64,000 nucleotides of DNA, from contig JBDRCO010000076.1 of assembly GCA_043821645.1 (NCBI GenBank), forward strand, positions 32,001 through 96,000, given 5' to 3'. A program made the translations under genes and the position numbers. The notes under the pieces were generated by a model. It did no database searches. It was given only the letters and a program-made list of their open reading frames with translations, and was not told the DNA's origin. Of the stretch, positions 18,831-28,004 are shown piece by piece; within the stretch, counting starts at the first letter, position 1; each line of letters begins with the position of its first letter. Origin of the DNA: Pseudomonadota bacterium. Lineage in GTDB: Bacteria; Myxococcota; JACRCW01; JAFGSX01.

Positions 18831-18955
18831 TTCTTCCCGTCCCTGGCCGCACGCACGGGTCGCGCTCGTCATGGGGACTGGGACGGCGTCGTCCGCCTTG
18901 CGCTGCGAAAAAAAGGTCCTTCGCGATGGCTCGACCGATCTGACCTGAAAGCGGT

Positions 18956-21046
18956 CTAGCGCGCCTGTTGGATCTCTGCGATCCACAGCTGTCCGTCGAC
19001 GACGAAGGCGAGCGTCCGTCCGTCCGCCGACAGCGACGGGAACTGCTCGATCAGGCCCGGCGTGCGCGTGAGGTTCTCGGTGCGGTAGCGCGGATGGCGC
19101 AGATCGGTGCGGTGAAGATCGCTCCCGGTGAGCCGCTGTCCATCGTCCTCGCTGCGATCGAACACCAGCCATCGCCCATCCTGGCTGAAGCGGGCGTGGC
19201 TGCCCTGGCCCAGGGACACGCGGTACCCGTCGGCGATGCGCAGCACGAACAGCCCGGTCGAGATACCGCTGTACACGAGGTGCTGACCGTCGGGAGACAG
19301 CAGCGGTGCGAAGTACTTGTCATCGTCCGCTGCCACCAGGATCTCGTGCTTGTCCTCGAACAGCCACACGCTGTCCTCACGCGCCACGGCCTGCCTCGTC
19401 GGGTGGAGGGTGAGGGGCCCGCGGAATCGCCCCTGCGGGCTGACCAGCTCCAGGGGTTCTGCCGCGTGCGGTCTGTCCGCCAGCCGCAGCGCGATCGCCG
19501 AACCGTCCGCCGTCCACTCGGGGTGGTAACCCGCGCGTTCGCGCGTGCTCACCGTGGTCACCGTCCCGGCGGAGGTGTCGACGAGATAGAGACCGCGAAG
19601 GTTGTCCGTGGTGAAGGCGATCTGATCGCCGCGTGGCGAAAGCACCGGCGCGGTGACCTCGCCGTCGAGGATGAGCCGCGGGTGCACCAGCCTCGCGGAG
19701 GGCAGTCCGCTCGCAGCCTTGTCCACCGCGAAGGAGGGCGAGGCCAGGGCGACCACGGACACGGCAGCAAGCAACGAGCTGACGCGGCGCCGACGGGTGG
19801 TCCTTTGCAGAAGACCCAGGGCCAGCACTGAGAGCACCAGCCAGGTGGAACCCCCAGGCGCCGTCAGGTTGCTGCAACCCATGCCTTGCCCCAGCGCGAT
19901 CACCTCGGGTCCCTCGCTGTGCTCCTCCTCTCGCGGCCCTGAGAAAGGCACCATGCTGGGATCTGGCCAGAGCGTCGCGGCGAGGTCCTGACCGCCCTCG
20001 ACATCGGGCGAGGCTCCTGCGTCCGTCTCCTCGACAGGCGGGGCCGCCGGGGTCGCGTCCGTGGACGGGCTTCCTGCATCGGTGGCAGGCGGCGGTGAGC
20101 CGGGAAGGGGCGGTGTGGCTGGCGGTGGATCGGCGACGAGGCCCAGCGAGCACCACTCGGTGGCACCCGCTGCCACGGTACACGTGCGCTCGGCAGTCTG
20201 GTAGCCGCTCTTGCTGGCGCGCACGTGGTAGGTCGCAGGCGCGAGGGCAAAGCTCCACGCGGCATCGGTCGCCGAGGCTGCAACCTGGGCACTGGTCTCG
20301 GTGATGGTCACACTGGCGCCGGGCAGGCGCTCGCTCATGTCGGCCGTGCCGCTGCCGTGGTCGACGAAAACCACGCCCTTGGCATCGCCGGTGCTGGGAG
20401 CTGGCGGGGGAGAGGCGGGGGGCGGCGCGCTGGGCGTGCTCACGGACAGCCCGAGGTGGCGCTGAATGGCGTGCAGGTGGGCCTCGGCGGCGCGCTGGCG
20501 CTGGGCCGGGCTCCCCAGGTAGGTGGCGTCGGCGGAGCAGTTGACGATGAAGCCAAGCTCGCTCAGGGTCGCGGGCATGCTGGTGGCGGTGAGCACCGTG
20601 AAGTTGGCGGTCTTGCCGCCGCGATTGGCCAGGGGCCAGGTCGCCACCATCTCGCTCTGGATCTTGTTGCGCATATCAAACGAGTTGCTGGATCCATTGG
20701 TGGCGCAGAAGGTCTCGATGCCTGTGGCTGACGACGATGACGCCGAGTTGCTGTGAATGCTGACGAAGCGGTTGGCCGCGCGGGCGTTGGCGTATTCGGC
20801 GCGCGCGCTCAGGCCCACGGACACATCGGTCTCGCGGGTCATGATGACGCTGAGACCTGCACCCTGCAGCAGGGTGCGCAGCCTGAGCTGGGTGTCGAGG
20901 TTGATGCTGGCCTCGCGCAGGTTGCATCCCAGGGCTCCGGGGTCGCTGCCGCCGTGACCGGGGTCGAGGCAGATCTTGGTGGCATGCGCCGGTCGCGCCA
21001 GCCCGCTGAGGATCGCGATGGTGATCAGGGTCGGGAGCTTGGGCAC
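18956..21046 (-). CDS. N-acetylmuramoyl-L-alanine amidase + Ig-like domain + internal MYXO-CTERM-like segment + TolB/PD40-like propeller
   Basis: GTG 21046 with GGAG; signal ending AHA; DPGHGG, SIHSNS, SELGF amidase motifs; SPDGQHL, SQDGRWL, SADGRTL blades. Confidence 0.85.
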   Translation of the reverse strand: MPKLPTLITIAILSGLARPAHATKICLDPGHGGSDPGALGCNLREASINLDTQLRLRTLLQGAGLSVIMTRETDVSVGLSARAEYANARAANRFVSIHSNSASSSSATGIETFCATNGSSNSFDMRNKIQSEMVATWPLANRGGKTANFTVLTATSMPATLSELGFIVNCSADATYLGSPAQRQRAAEAHLHAIQRHLGLSVSTPSAPPPASPPPAPSTGDAKGVVFVDHGSGTADMSERLPGASVTITETSAQVAASATDAAWSFALAPATYHVRASKSGYQTAERTCTVAAGATEWCSLGLVADPPPATPPLPGSPPPATDAGSPSTDATPAAPPVEETDAGASPDVEGGQDLAATLWPDPSMVPFSGPREEEHSEGPEVIALGQGMGCSNLTAPGGSTWLVLSVLALGLLQRTTRRRRVSSLLAAVSVVALASPSFAVDKAASGLPSARLVHPRLILDGEVTAPVLSPRGDQIAFTTDNLRGLYLVDTSAGTVTTVSTRERAGYHPEWTADGSAIALRLADRPHAAEPLELVSPQGRFRGPLTLHPTRQAVAREDSVWLFEDKHEILVAADDDKYFAPLLSPDGQHLVYSGISTGLFVLRIADGYRVSLGQGSHARFSQDGRWLVFDRSEDDGQRLTGSDLHRTDLRHPRYRTENLTRTPGLIEQFPSLSADGRTLAFVVDGQLWIAEIQQAR

Positions 21047-21196
21047 GTGGCTATCTCCTGTGTGAGACGGGCTCGGTGGTCCCAGGATTCGCGCGCTGTG
21101 GCAGGCCTCACAGCCTCTCTCCTCGTACCGCATAAAAAGGGATCGCAAGTCGGACAGGAGGAGGATGCGCAGGCCGCGGAGTCGACAGATCCCTAT

Positions 21197-21310
21197 TGTG
21201 CACCGCGTCACAGACCTGGATTGTGAGCGGACGAGCTTCCGGCGCAAAGTAAAATAAACAGTAAATACAATTAGTTAAAATACGTGACACGGGTCACGAT
21301 AAGATATCTT
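21197..21310. promoter_or_regulatory. AT-rich divergent promoter region with CRP/FNR-like palindromes
   Basis: TGTGC-N6-TCACA at 21197-21212, CGTGA-N6-TCACG at 21283-21298, AAGATATCTT at 21301-21310, AT-rich tract 21246-21282. Confidence 0.5.
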
Positions 21311-21399
21311 GCCAGATGTGGCCAAATATCCTACACGGCGCCTACACTCAGCCAGAACCACAACCCGGCGCCCTCATGCGGCGCCCGGAGGCGGGCATC

Positions 21400-24300
21400 A
21401 TGCGAGCGCGAGCGGGGAGCGAGAGGCGATCCGGATTCACCACACTGCTGATCCTAGGGCTGCTGTCAGCCTGCGGGCCCATGACGGACCTGGAGCAGGC
21501 CGCAGAGCACAGCGCACCTTTCATGGAGCGCATCGACGCGCGTAACGACCCCAGCCGGGTGCTGCTCAGCCTCGACCTGGTCAGCGTGTTCGGGGACGCG
21601 GCGCTGCCCAGCGAAGGCGTCGCCGTGAAGATCCCGTACCCGGCCAACTGGTGGGCCCTGCGCAACGACGGCATCAACCGCCGCTGGGACGGCAACAACT
21701 TCTCACCCGCCGAGAAGTACGACCTGGCCTTCAGGGGCTGGTCGCCAGCCGCGGACTTCGCCAGCCTGCGCCCCTTCAGGGCCCCCGGGCAGAGCTACGA
21801 CGAGGCCTACTACGCCCAGCTCGGACCCGCGGGCAGCGCCGAGGCGCGCTACAGCGGCAACTGGCGCGCGCGCAACGGCGTCGACGACGACGGCGATGGC
21901 GAGATCGACGAGGCCGCCGACTGGGACGGCCTCGAGGGCTGGTGGGGCCACTGCAACGGCTGGGCGGCCGCGGCCATCATGGTGAACGAGCCCCTGCACC
22001 CCGTGGTCGACCGCGGCGTGCGCTTCGAGATCAGCGACATCAAGGCCCTGCTCACCGATCAGTGGTACTCGACGCCGTCGGGCTTCCTGGCCACGCGCTG
22101 CAACCGCCGCCCCCAGGACAGCGACCCGGCCCACGCCGACGACAGCAGCTACTACTGGAGCACGGACGAGAACGGGCGCGTGGTCGAGAGCGAGTGCCGC
22201 GACACCAACGCGGCGTCCCTCTACCTCGTCGCCACCAACCTGATCGGCCGCCACGGCCGGGCCTTCGTTATCGATAGCAACTTCGACTGGCAGGTGTGGA
22301 ACTGGCCCGTTTACAGCTACCGCATCCAGCAGCAGCGGCGCGTCGACAAGGCCGAGGCCATTCGTCTGCTCGGCGAGAGTGGCGATGACTACAAGTACAA
22401 CGCCGACGCCGTGGCCTTTGCCTACGTCGACATGAGCATCCAGTACGTGTCCGACGGCATCAACCCGCACAAGCAGCCCGTGGGACACAAGGTCGAGCGC
22501 TACAGCCACACGGACCGCTACACCATGGTCCTCGAACTCGACGCCAGCGACCGCATCATCGGCGGCGAGTGGGCGGGTGACAGCAAGACCAACCACCCGG
22601 ACTTCATCTGGGTGCCCTCGGCCTCGCGCCCCAATGGCAGCAACACCGGCGTGCGCTACGACGACGTCGAGAGTCTGCTCACCCGCAGCCGCTCGGGCCT
22701 GGGCGAGACCACCGCGGTCGCCGTCATTCCGCCCCGGGATGCCAACGGCGTGCAGCTCACCGTGCAGGTGCGCGACGCCGAGGCCGGCAGCAACAGGCTG
22801 CAGGTCTTCGTCGACATCGATCACAGCCAGGGTTCGCAGCTCGTGCTCGATCTCGTGGCGCCGGACGGTCGCAGCACGCGCCTGAAGCGCGGCGGCAGCT
22901 CGGTGTACGGCGGTCTGGTGGGCTGGTTCCCCTATGACCTGACGCCAGCCGAGGGCCTGGACGCCCTGGCCAGCGCCGGCAACGGGACCTGGACCCTGCG
23001 CGTGGCCAACGCCACGGGGACAGGCAGTGGCCAGGTGCGGCGCTTCTCCGTGGCCCTGTGGAGCGACGGTCAGGCGGCGGCGGACCGCGATGGCGATGGC
23101 GACCCCGACACCACGGACTGCGCGCCCGACGACGCCAGCGTGCATCACGCCGCGACCGAGCTCTGTGGCGACGGCGTGGACAACGACTGCCAGGGTGGCG
23201 ATGCGTCCTGTGACGATCATGGTGACGACTTCGCCTCGGCCACCGCGGTGACGCCGGGGCCCCGCATCGAGGCCCAGATCGAGCGCGGTGGTGACGTGGA
23301 CATGTTCACCTTCACCGCGCTCGCCGGTCGCGACTACGTGTTTCAGACCAGCCTGCTCGGGCTCAGCGACACGACCCTGACCCTGTTCGGTGAGGGCCGT
23401 ACCCAGATCGCCTTCAACGACGACGACGGCCAGAGCTACGCCTCGCGCATCGCCTGGAGCTGCGCTGCACAGCAGAAGGTCTACCTCCAGGTCGCGGCCT
23501 ACAGCGCCAGCCAGACCGGTCGTTACGGCCTGGCCATTACCGAGAGCGGTGGCACCACGCCGCCTGCAGACCGCGATGGTGACGGTGATCCTGACGCCAC
23601 GGACTGCGCGCCGGACAGCGCGGCGGTGCACCACGGCGCCACCGAGATCTGCAGCGACGGCCTGGACAATGACTGCGCGGGCGGCGATGCGGCCTGCGAC
23701 GACCACGCGAATACGCCGGCCGGGGCCACGGCCCTGGCGCCCGGACAGCAGCTCGCCGGCAGCATCGAGCGCGGCGGCGACGTGGACCTGTTCGTGGTCG
23801 CCGCCCGGGCCGGGGTCAGCTACACCGCAGCCACCGCCCTGGGCACGCTCGGCGACACCACCCTGGAAGCTCTGGCCAGCGACGGCAGCACCCGCCTCGC
23901 CTTCAACGACGACGCCGGCGGCACCTATGCCTCGCAGCTCGTGTTCAGCGTGCAGACGGACGGCCCGGTGTACCTTCGCGCCCGCGCCTACGGTGCCACC
24001 CAGATCGGCACCTACACCCTGCGCCTGAGCGCCAGCGGCGGCACACCGCCACCTCCGCCAGCCGGCGACGACCACGGCAACGACGCCGCCAGCGCCACCG
24101 CGGTGGCCAGCCCCTCGACCACGGCGGCCCGGCTCGAAGCCCAGGGCGACGTGGACGTGTTCGCGCTGCAGGTGGTGCAGGGCAGGGCGGTCACCGTGCG
24201 CACCCTCCTGGGTGACCTGCGCGACACGGTGCTGCAGCTGCGCGGCGCCGATGGCAGCACGGTGCTCGCCGAGAACGACGATGCGGATGGTGGGCTGGCC

Positions 24301-24402
24301 TCGCGCATCTTGTACACGCCGGCGGCCAGCGGCACCGTCTACGCCGTGGTGCGGGCCTACTCCAGCAGCATGACCGGGTCTTACCAGCTTCAGGTGGAGT
24401 GA
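21400..24402 (+). CDS. transglutaminase-elicitor (GP42-like) domain lipoprotein with P-domain, 2 MopE-like repeats and 3 PPC domains
   Basis: LLSAC lipobox; SPAEKYD, WWGHCNGWAAAA, DIKALL, VWNWPV, GEW..HPDFIW; DCAP..VH..A.E.C.DG.DNDC twice; DDH..DVD.F..NDD three times. Confidence 0.8.
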   Translation: MRARAGSERRSGFTTLLILGLLSACGPMTDLEQAAEHSAPFMERIDARNDPSRVLLSLDLVSVFGDAALPSEGVAVKIPYPANWWALRNDGINRRWDGNNFSPAEKYDLAFRGWSPAADFASLRPFRAPGQSYDEAYYAQLGPAGSAEARYSGNWRARNGVDDDGDGEIDEAADWDGLEGWWGHCNGWAAAAIMVNEPLHPVVDRGVRFEISDIKALLTDQWYSTPSGFLATRCNRRPQDSDPAHADDSSYYWSTDENGRVVESECRDTNAASLYLVATNLIGRHGRAFVIDSNFDWQVWNWPVYSYRIQQQRRVDKAEAIRLLGESGDDYKYNADAVAFAYVDMSIQYVSDGINPHKQPVGHKVERYSHTDRYTMVLELDASDRIIGGEWAGDSKTNHPDFIWVPSASRPNGSNTGVRYDDVESLLTRSRSGLGETTAVAVIPPRDANGVQLTVQVRDAEAGSNRLQVFVDIDHSQGSQLVLDLVAPDGRSTRLKRGGSSVYGGLVGWFPYDLTPAEGLDALASAGNGTWTLRVANATGTGSGQVRRFSVALWSDGQAAADRDGDGDPDTTDCAPDDASVHHAATELCGDGVDNDCQGGDASCDDHGDDFASATAVTPGPRIEAQIERGGDVDMFTFTALAGRDYVFQTSLLGLSDTTLTLFGEGRTQIAFNDDDGQSYASRIAWSCAAQQKVYLQVAAYSASQTGRYGLAITESGGTTPPADRDGDGDPDATDCAPDSAAVHHGATEICSDGLDNDCAGGDAACDDHANTPAGATALAPGQQLAGSIERGGDVDLFVVAARAGVSYTAATALGTLGDTTLEALASDGSTRLAFNDDAGGTYASQLVFSVQTDGPVYLRARAYGATQIGTYTLRLSASGGTPPPPPAGDDHGNDAASATAVASPSTTAARLEAQGDVDVFALQVVQGRAVTVRTLLGDLRDTVLQLRGADGSTVLAENDDADGGLASRILYTPAASGTVYAVVRAYSSSMTGSYQLQVE

Positions 24403-24605
24403 GAAGAGCCCTCCCGGGTCCTCGCTCCAGATCGATCCGCCCCGCGTCCCGTTCGATCTCCCTGCACGGGGTTTGACCTGTTTTGAATTCGCGTGGTAGG
24501 GATCTGCGCCACGTCGAAGGTGTTGTATTGATATGCACGCGTTCCGGTCGACGCCGAAATCACGGTAAACCGGACGCGCCCAACAGGACATGGGGGCATG
24601 ACGCC

Positions 24606-26177
24606 ATGACCTCACCCCGCCCGGGGCGCCGGAACATCCCGCGCTCCCTCCTCGTCGCCACCGCCCTGGCCGTGGCCCCATCCGCGCTGGCGGAAAAACC
24701 TGTCGTGTTGATGGTGCCCTACCAGCCCATCGCGCGGCAGGCCACGCCCGAGCTCGCGGCCCAGGTGACCAAGGCCCTGGCCAAGGAGCTGGCAACCGGC
24801 GAGACCTACACCATCAAGACCCTCGAGGCCGAGGCGCCAGCGCCGGTCGAGACCGACGGCGGCAGCGTCGACATGGACGTGGGCAAGGGCGACCTGACCA
24901 AGGCCTTCAAGGCGCTCAACACCGCCGAGAAGTTCATGAAGAAGTACCGCTTCGATCAGGCGATCGGGCAGTACCAGAAGGCCCTGGAGACCTTCGATGC
25001 CGCCGCACCCGCCCTCGAGGAGGTGGATGCCGTGGCCGACGCCTACATCAAGCTGGGCGTGGCCGCGTTCCGGCGCAGCAAGGAAGACCTGGCCGAGCAG
25101 GCGCTGGCCCAGGCCGTGGTGCTCGACCCCGAGCGCACCCTGGACCCGCGCGAGTATCCGCCCTTGTTGCTGCGCGTGTACGACGACATCTTTCGCAAGA
25201 CCTTGAGCAAGCCCCGCGGCACCATCGCCATCGAGGCCACCGTGAGTGGCGCCGAGGTCTTTTACAACGGCAAGTCGGTGGGGGCGACGCCCATCAAGCT
25301 CAACGGCGTGCCGCCAGGCCGTCACTTCGTGCGCGTGGTCAAGGAAGGCGCGGGCGTGTGGGGTCAGCGCATCGAGGTCAAGAGCGGCGAGACCGTCGAG
25401 ATCAAGGCCGAGCTCGGTGGCGGCGCCAAGGTAGCCACCGGAGGGAACGGCCTCACCGCCGTCGCCGCAGCCATCGGCGCCAACCGCGTCGACGTGGTGG
25501 TGGCAGATGCCGCAGCGGGCCTGGCCAAGGCCGAGGGCGCCCAGTTCGCGATGTTCGGGGGCCTGCGCAAGGGCGAGGCCTCGATCCCCGTGCACACCTT
25601 CCTGGTCGACGCGGAGAGCGGCGCTCTGTACCGCCTGATCGACCTCGACATCGACCTCGACATGCTGTCGCTGTCCATCGAGGCCTTCAAGCTGGGCGAG
25701 GACCTGAGCAACCTGGTGCAGGCTCCGGGCACGGACCTGGGTGCCGGGCCACACACCATCGTGCGCGGCGTGTCCAGCGAGGAGGCCAGCGCCGGTCCAG
25801 CCGAGGTCGATGTGGGCCCTCCGGTACCGGACGGCCGCAGCTCGCGCATCGCCACCGGTGGCGACGATGGACGGCGCCCGCTCAGCGGGGACACCGGTGA
25901 CGACGGTGACAAGCGGTCCGTCATCAACACCGGAGACTCCAGCGGCGGTCGCCGCCGGACCCTGTCCGACGACGGCAGTGCCTTCGACGGCGAGACCACG
26001 AAGCGTCCCACCATCGCCGAGCTCGATGAGCCCGACGAGTGGTACGAGAACCCCCTGGTGTGGGCGGGGGCCGGTGGTGGCGCGCTGTTGCTGGTGGGCG
26101 GTGCCACGGCGGGGGTGGTGGCCCTGCTCCTGCTCAGGCCGCCGACCGGGGTGACCGTTCAGGCCGAGTGGCCGTGA
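24606..26177 (+). CDS. PEGA and TPR domain protein with C-terminal membrane segment
   Basis: Signal ending ALA; helical TPR-like region; GAEVFYNGKSVGATP..PPGRHFVRV (PEGA); WYENPLVW followed by a TM. Confidence 0.8.
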   Translation: MTSPRPGRRNIPRSLLVATALAVAPSALAEKPVVLMVPYQPIARQATPELAAQVTKALAKELATGETYTIKTLEAEAPAPVETDGGSVDMDVGKGDLTKAFKALNTAEKFMKKYRFDQAIGQYQKALETFDAAAPALEEVDAVADAYIKLGVAAFRRSKEDLAEQALAQAVVLDPERTLDPREYPPLLLRVYDDIFRKTLSKPRGTIAIEATVSGAEVFYNGKSVGATPIKLNGVPPGRHFVRVVKEGAGVWGQRIEVKSGETVEIKAELGGGAKVATGGNGLTAVAAAIGANRVDVVVADAAAGLAKAEGAQFAMFGGLRKGEASIPVHTFLVDAESGALYRLIDLDIDLDMLSLSIEAFKLGEDLSNLVQAPGTDLGAGPHTIVRGVSSEEASAGPAEVDVGPPVPDGRSSRIATGGDDGRRPLSGDTGDDGDKRSVINTGDSSGGRRRTLSDDGSAFDGETTKRPTIAELDEPDEWYENPLVWAGAGGGALLLVGGATAGVVALLLLRPPTGVTVQAEWP

Positions 26178-26264
26178 GCGTGAAACGCAGCGGCCTCAGC
26201 ATCGTGTGACGACGAGGACCCCGCACCCCCCAGCGCAGCCCTGGGCCGTGCGATCGAGGAGCCG

Positions 26265-27851
26265 ATGATGCGTGCGACGACTGTCCTGCTCGGAGTGCTG
26301 GCGCTGGCGGCCATGGCGTGCGAGCCAACCATCGAGGTCAAGCTCACGGTGGTTCCACCCTGCGACCAGGGCGATGCCCTCGACGGCACCGGCACCATTC
26401 GCTTCGAGATCACCGGCACCGAGGTCAAGCCTCTGGCCAGCAACTTCTCGCGCGGCAAGAAGACCGGCGCCATCACGGGCTTGCCCCTGGGCGACGACAT
26501 CGTGGTCGGGGTCAAGGCCTACGCAGGCGACGTCGAGAAGACGCCCGACGTGCTCAACACGTCGCCCCTGGCAGCGGGCAGCACCCAGCCACGCGACTAC
26601 ACCGCCGAGAGCGAGCGTAGCATCGAGATCTCGGTGCCCGTGGGCAAGGTCGATACCTTTGCCAGCACCACCAATGCGGCCGAGAAGAAGTGCACCGCGA
26701 TGTCCACGCCGCGGCATGGCCACACCGCGACCTACCTGCCCAAGCTGGGCAAGGTGCTCATCGTGGGCGGCGCCAGTGTCGACGAGAACGGGCAGGACCG
26801 CATCCTGGCCACGGCGGAGCTCTATGACCCGGCCAAGGGGACCTTCGAGGCGTTGCCCGAGCCCCCAGGTGGTCCGCGTGTGTATCACGCCGCGGTGGCC
26901 CTGGCCGACGGACGCGCCCTGATCACGGGCGGCATCGGCATGATCAACAACAACCTGCAGACCCTGGGATCGGGCTTCGTGTATGACCCGGGCGTCAGCG
27001 GCAACCGCTCGCCCTACACGCTCGTGGTCATGCCCACGCACCAGGCCCGGGCGCACCACACGGCCACGCTCTCGGAGACCGGCAACGTGGTGCTGCTGGT
27101 GGGAGGCTGTACCAACTCCGCAGGTCAGGTGTGCACGCGCAGCTCGGCCAGCAACGCCTTCGAGACCACCCTGGTCTTCGATATCGCGCAGTTCGACGGA
27201 GGCAACACCGCGCTCACCCCCGGCCCCAATCTGCCGGGCGATGAAGGGCGGGTGTTCCACGTGGCCTTGCCTCTGCCTGATGGCCGCATCCTGATCGCGG
27301 GAGGCTCCACTGGTGGCGCGCAGCCAGCGTGCAAGCTGCTGATGTACGACTCGCGGCAGATGACCTTCCTGGCCGACTTCACGGACACCCTGTCCGGCGA
27401 CGGCTGCACATCCCATCTCGCCGGTGCCGTGTTTACCGACGGTCGCGTGGTGCTCAGCGGCGGCTACAAGAGCCTCAACCTCGACGGCTCGCCCCCGGCC
27501 AGTGCCACCGAGATCAGCGCGGCGACCACGGTGTGGGACAGCGCGCAGACGGTCCGCGTGTCCACCGGTCCGGCCCTGTCGGCGGGACGCGCCGAGCACG
27601 TGGCCTTTGCCCTGCTCACCGACGAGTTGCTGGTGGTGGGCGGGCAGGGCGGCAGCTCGGACGCCGAGCGCGTGGACCTCGTCGCGCAGCAGAGCGTGCC
27701 CACGGCCGGTGTGCCTGTGAGCAAGCGCCTTGCCATCGCGGGCGTCTCCCTGGGCAGCGGTCAGCCCTTGCTGCTGGGCGGAATTGATCCCACGGATGGA
27801 GCGAGCGGCGCCACGCAAGCCGCGGCCGAGTTGTTCTTTTACGCTCGCTGA
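26265..27851 (+). CDS. Kelch-repeat beta-propeller lipoprotein
   Basis: AAMAC lipobox; repeated R..H.A..L.DG..LI.GG and AELYDP. Confidence 0.85.
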   Translation: MMRATTVLLGVLALAAMACEPTIEVKLTVVPPCDQGDALDGTGTIRFEITGTEVKPLASNFSRGKKTGAITGLPLGDDIVVGVKAYAGDVEKTPDVLNTSPLAAGSTQPRDYTAESERSIEISVPVGKVDTFASTTNAAEKKCTAMSTPRHGHTATYLPKLGKVLIVGGASVDENGQDRILATAELYDPAKGTFEALPEPPGGPRVYHAAVALADGRALITGGIGMINNNLQTLGSGFVYDPGVSGNRSPYTLVVMPTHQARAHHTATLSETGNVVLLVGGCTNSAGQVCTRSSASNAFETTLVFDIAQFDGGNTALTPGPNLPGDEGRVFHVALPLPDGRILIAGGSTGGAQPACKLLMYDSRQMTFLADFTDTLSGDGCTSHLAGAVFTDGRVVLSGGYKSLNLDGSPPASATEISAATTVWDSAQTVRVSTGPALSAGRAEHVAFALLTDELLVVGGQGGSSDAERVDLVAQQSVPTAGVPVSKRLAIAGVSLGSGQPLLLGGIDPTDGASGATQAAAELFFYAR

Positions 27852-27902
27852 GGACTTCTGTAGGCTCTTCAATAACCTGAAATTAATATACAAATTGTCT
27901 TA

Positions 27903-27928
27903 TTCCAGGTTTCGCGTCGAACCTGGAA
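27903..27928. repeat. 9-bp perfect inverted repeat (terminator or operator)
   Basis: TTCCAGGTT-N8-AACCTGGAA following an AT-rich tract. Confidence 0.55.
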
Positions 27929-27946
27929 GAGGGCGGATCTGCACTT

Positions 27947-27976
27947 TTGGACTGCCGGCGGCACCCATCCTATACT
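27947..27976 (+). promoter_or_regulatory. putative sigma70-type promoter for the giant gene
   Basis: TTGGAC-N18-TATACT ending 28 nt before ATG 28005. Confidence 0.45.
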
Positions 27977-28004
27977 GTCGCCGCGGTGATCGCCCTGTCG
28001 AGCG

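Noticed and set aside
21095-21115. CEACH heme-like motif at the front of the 763-aa amidase ORF
   Set aside because: Lies upstream of the RBS-supported GTG at 21046, so probably not translated.
21220-21231. ATTGTGAGCGGA resembling a lac operator half-site
   Set aside because: Second half absent and no vector context; chance match.
21703-24795. 1030-aa minus-strand ORF
   Set aside because: Antisense shadow of the transglutaminase-like gene; no motifs; expected in high-GC DNA.
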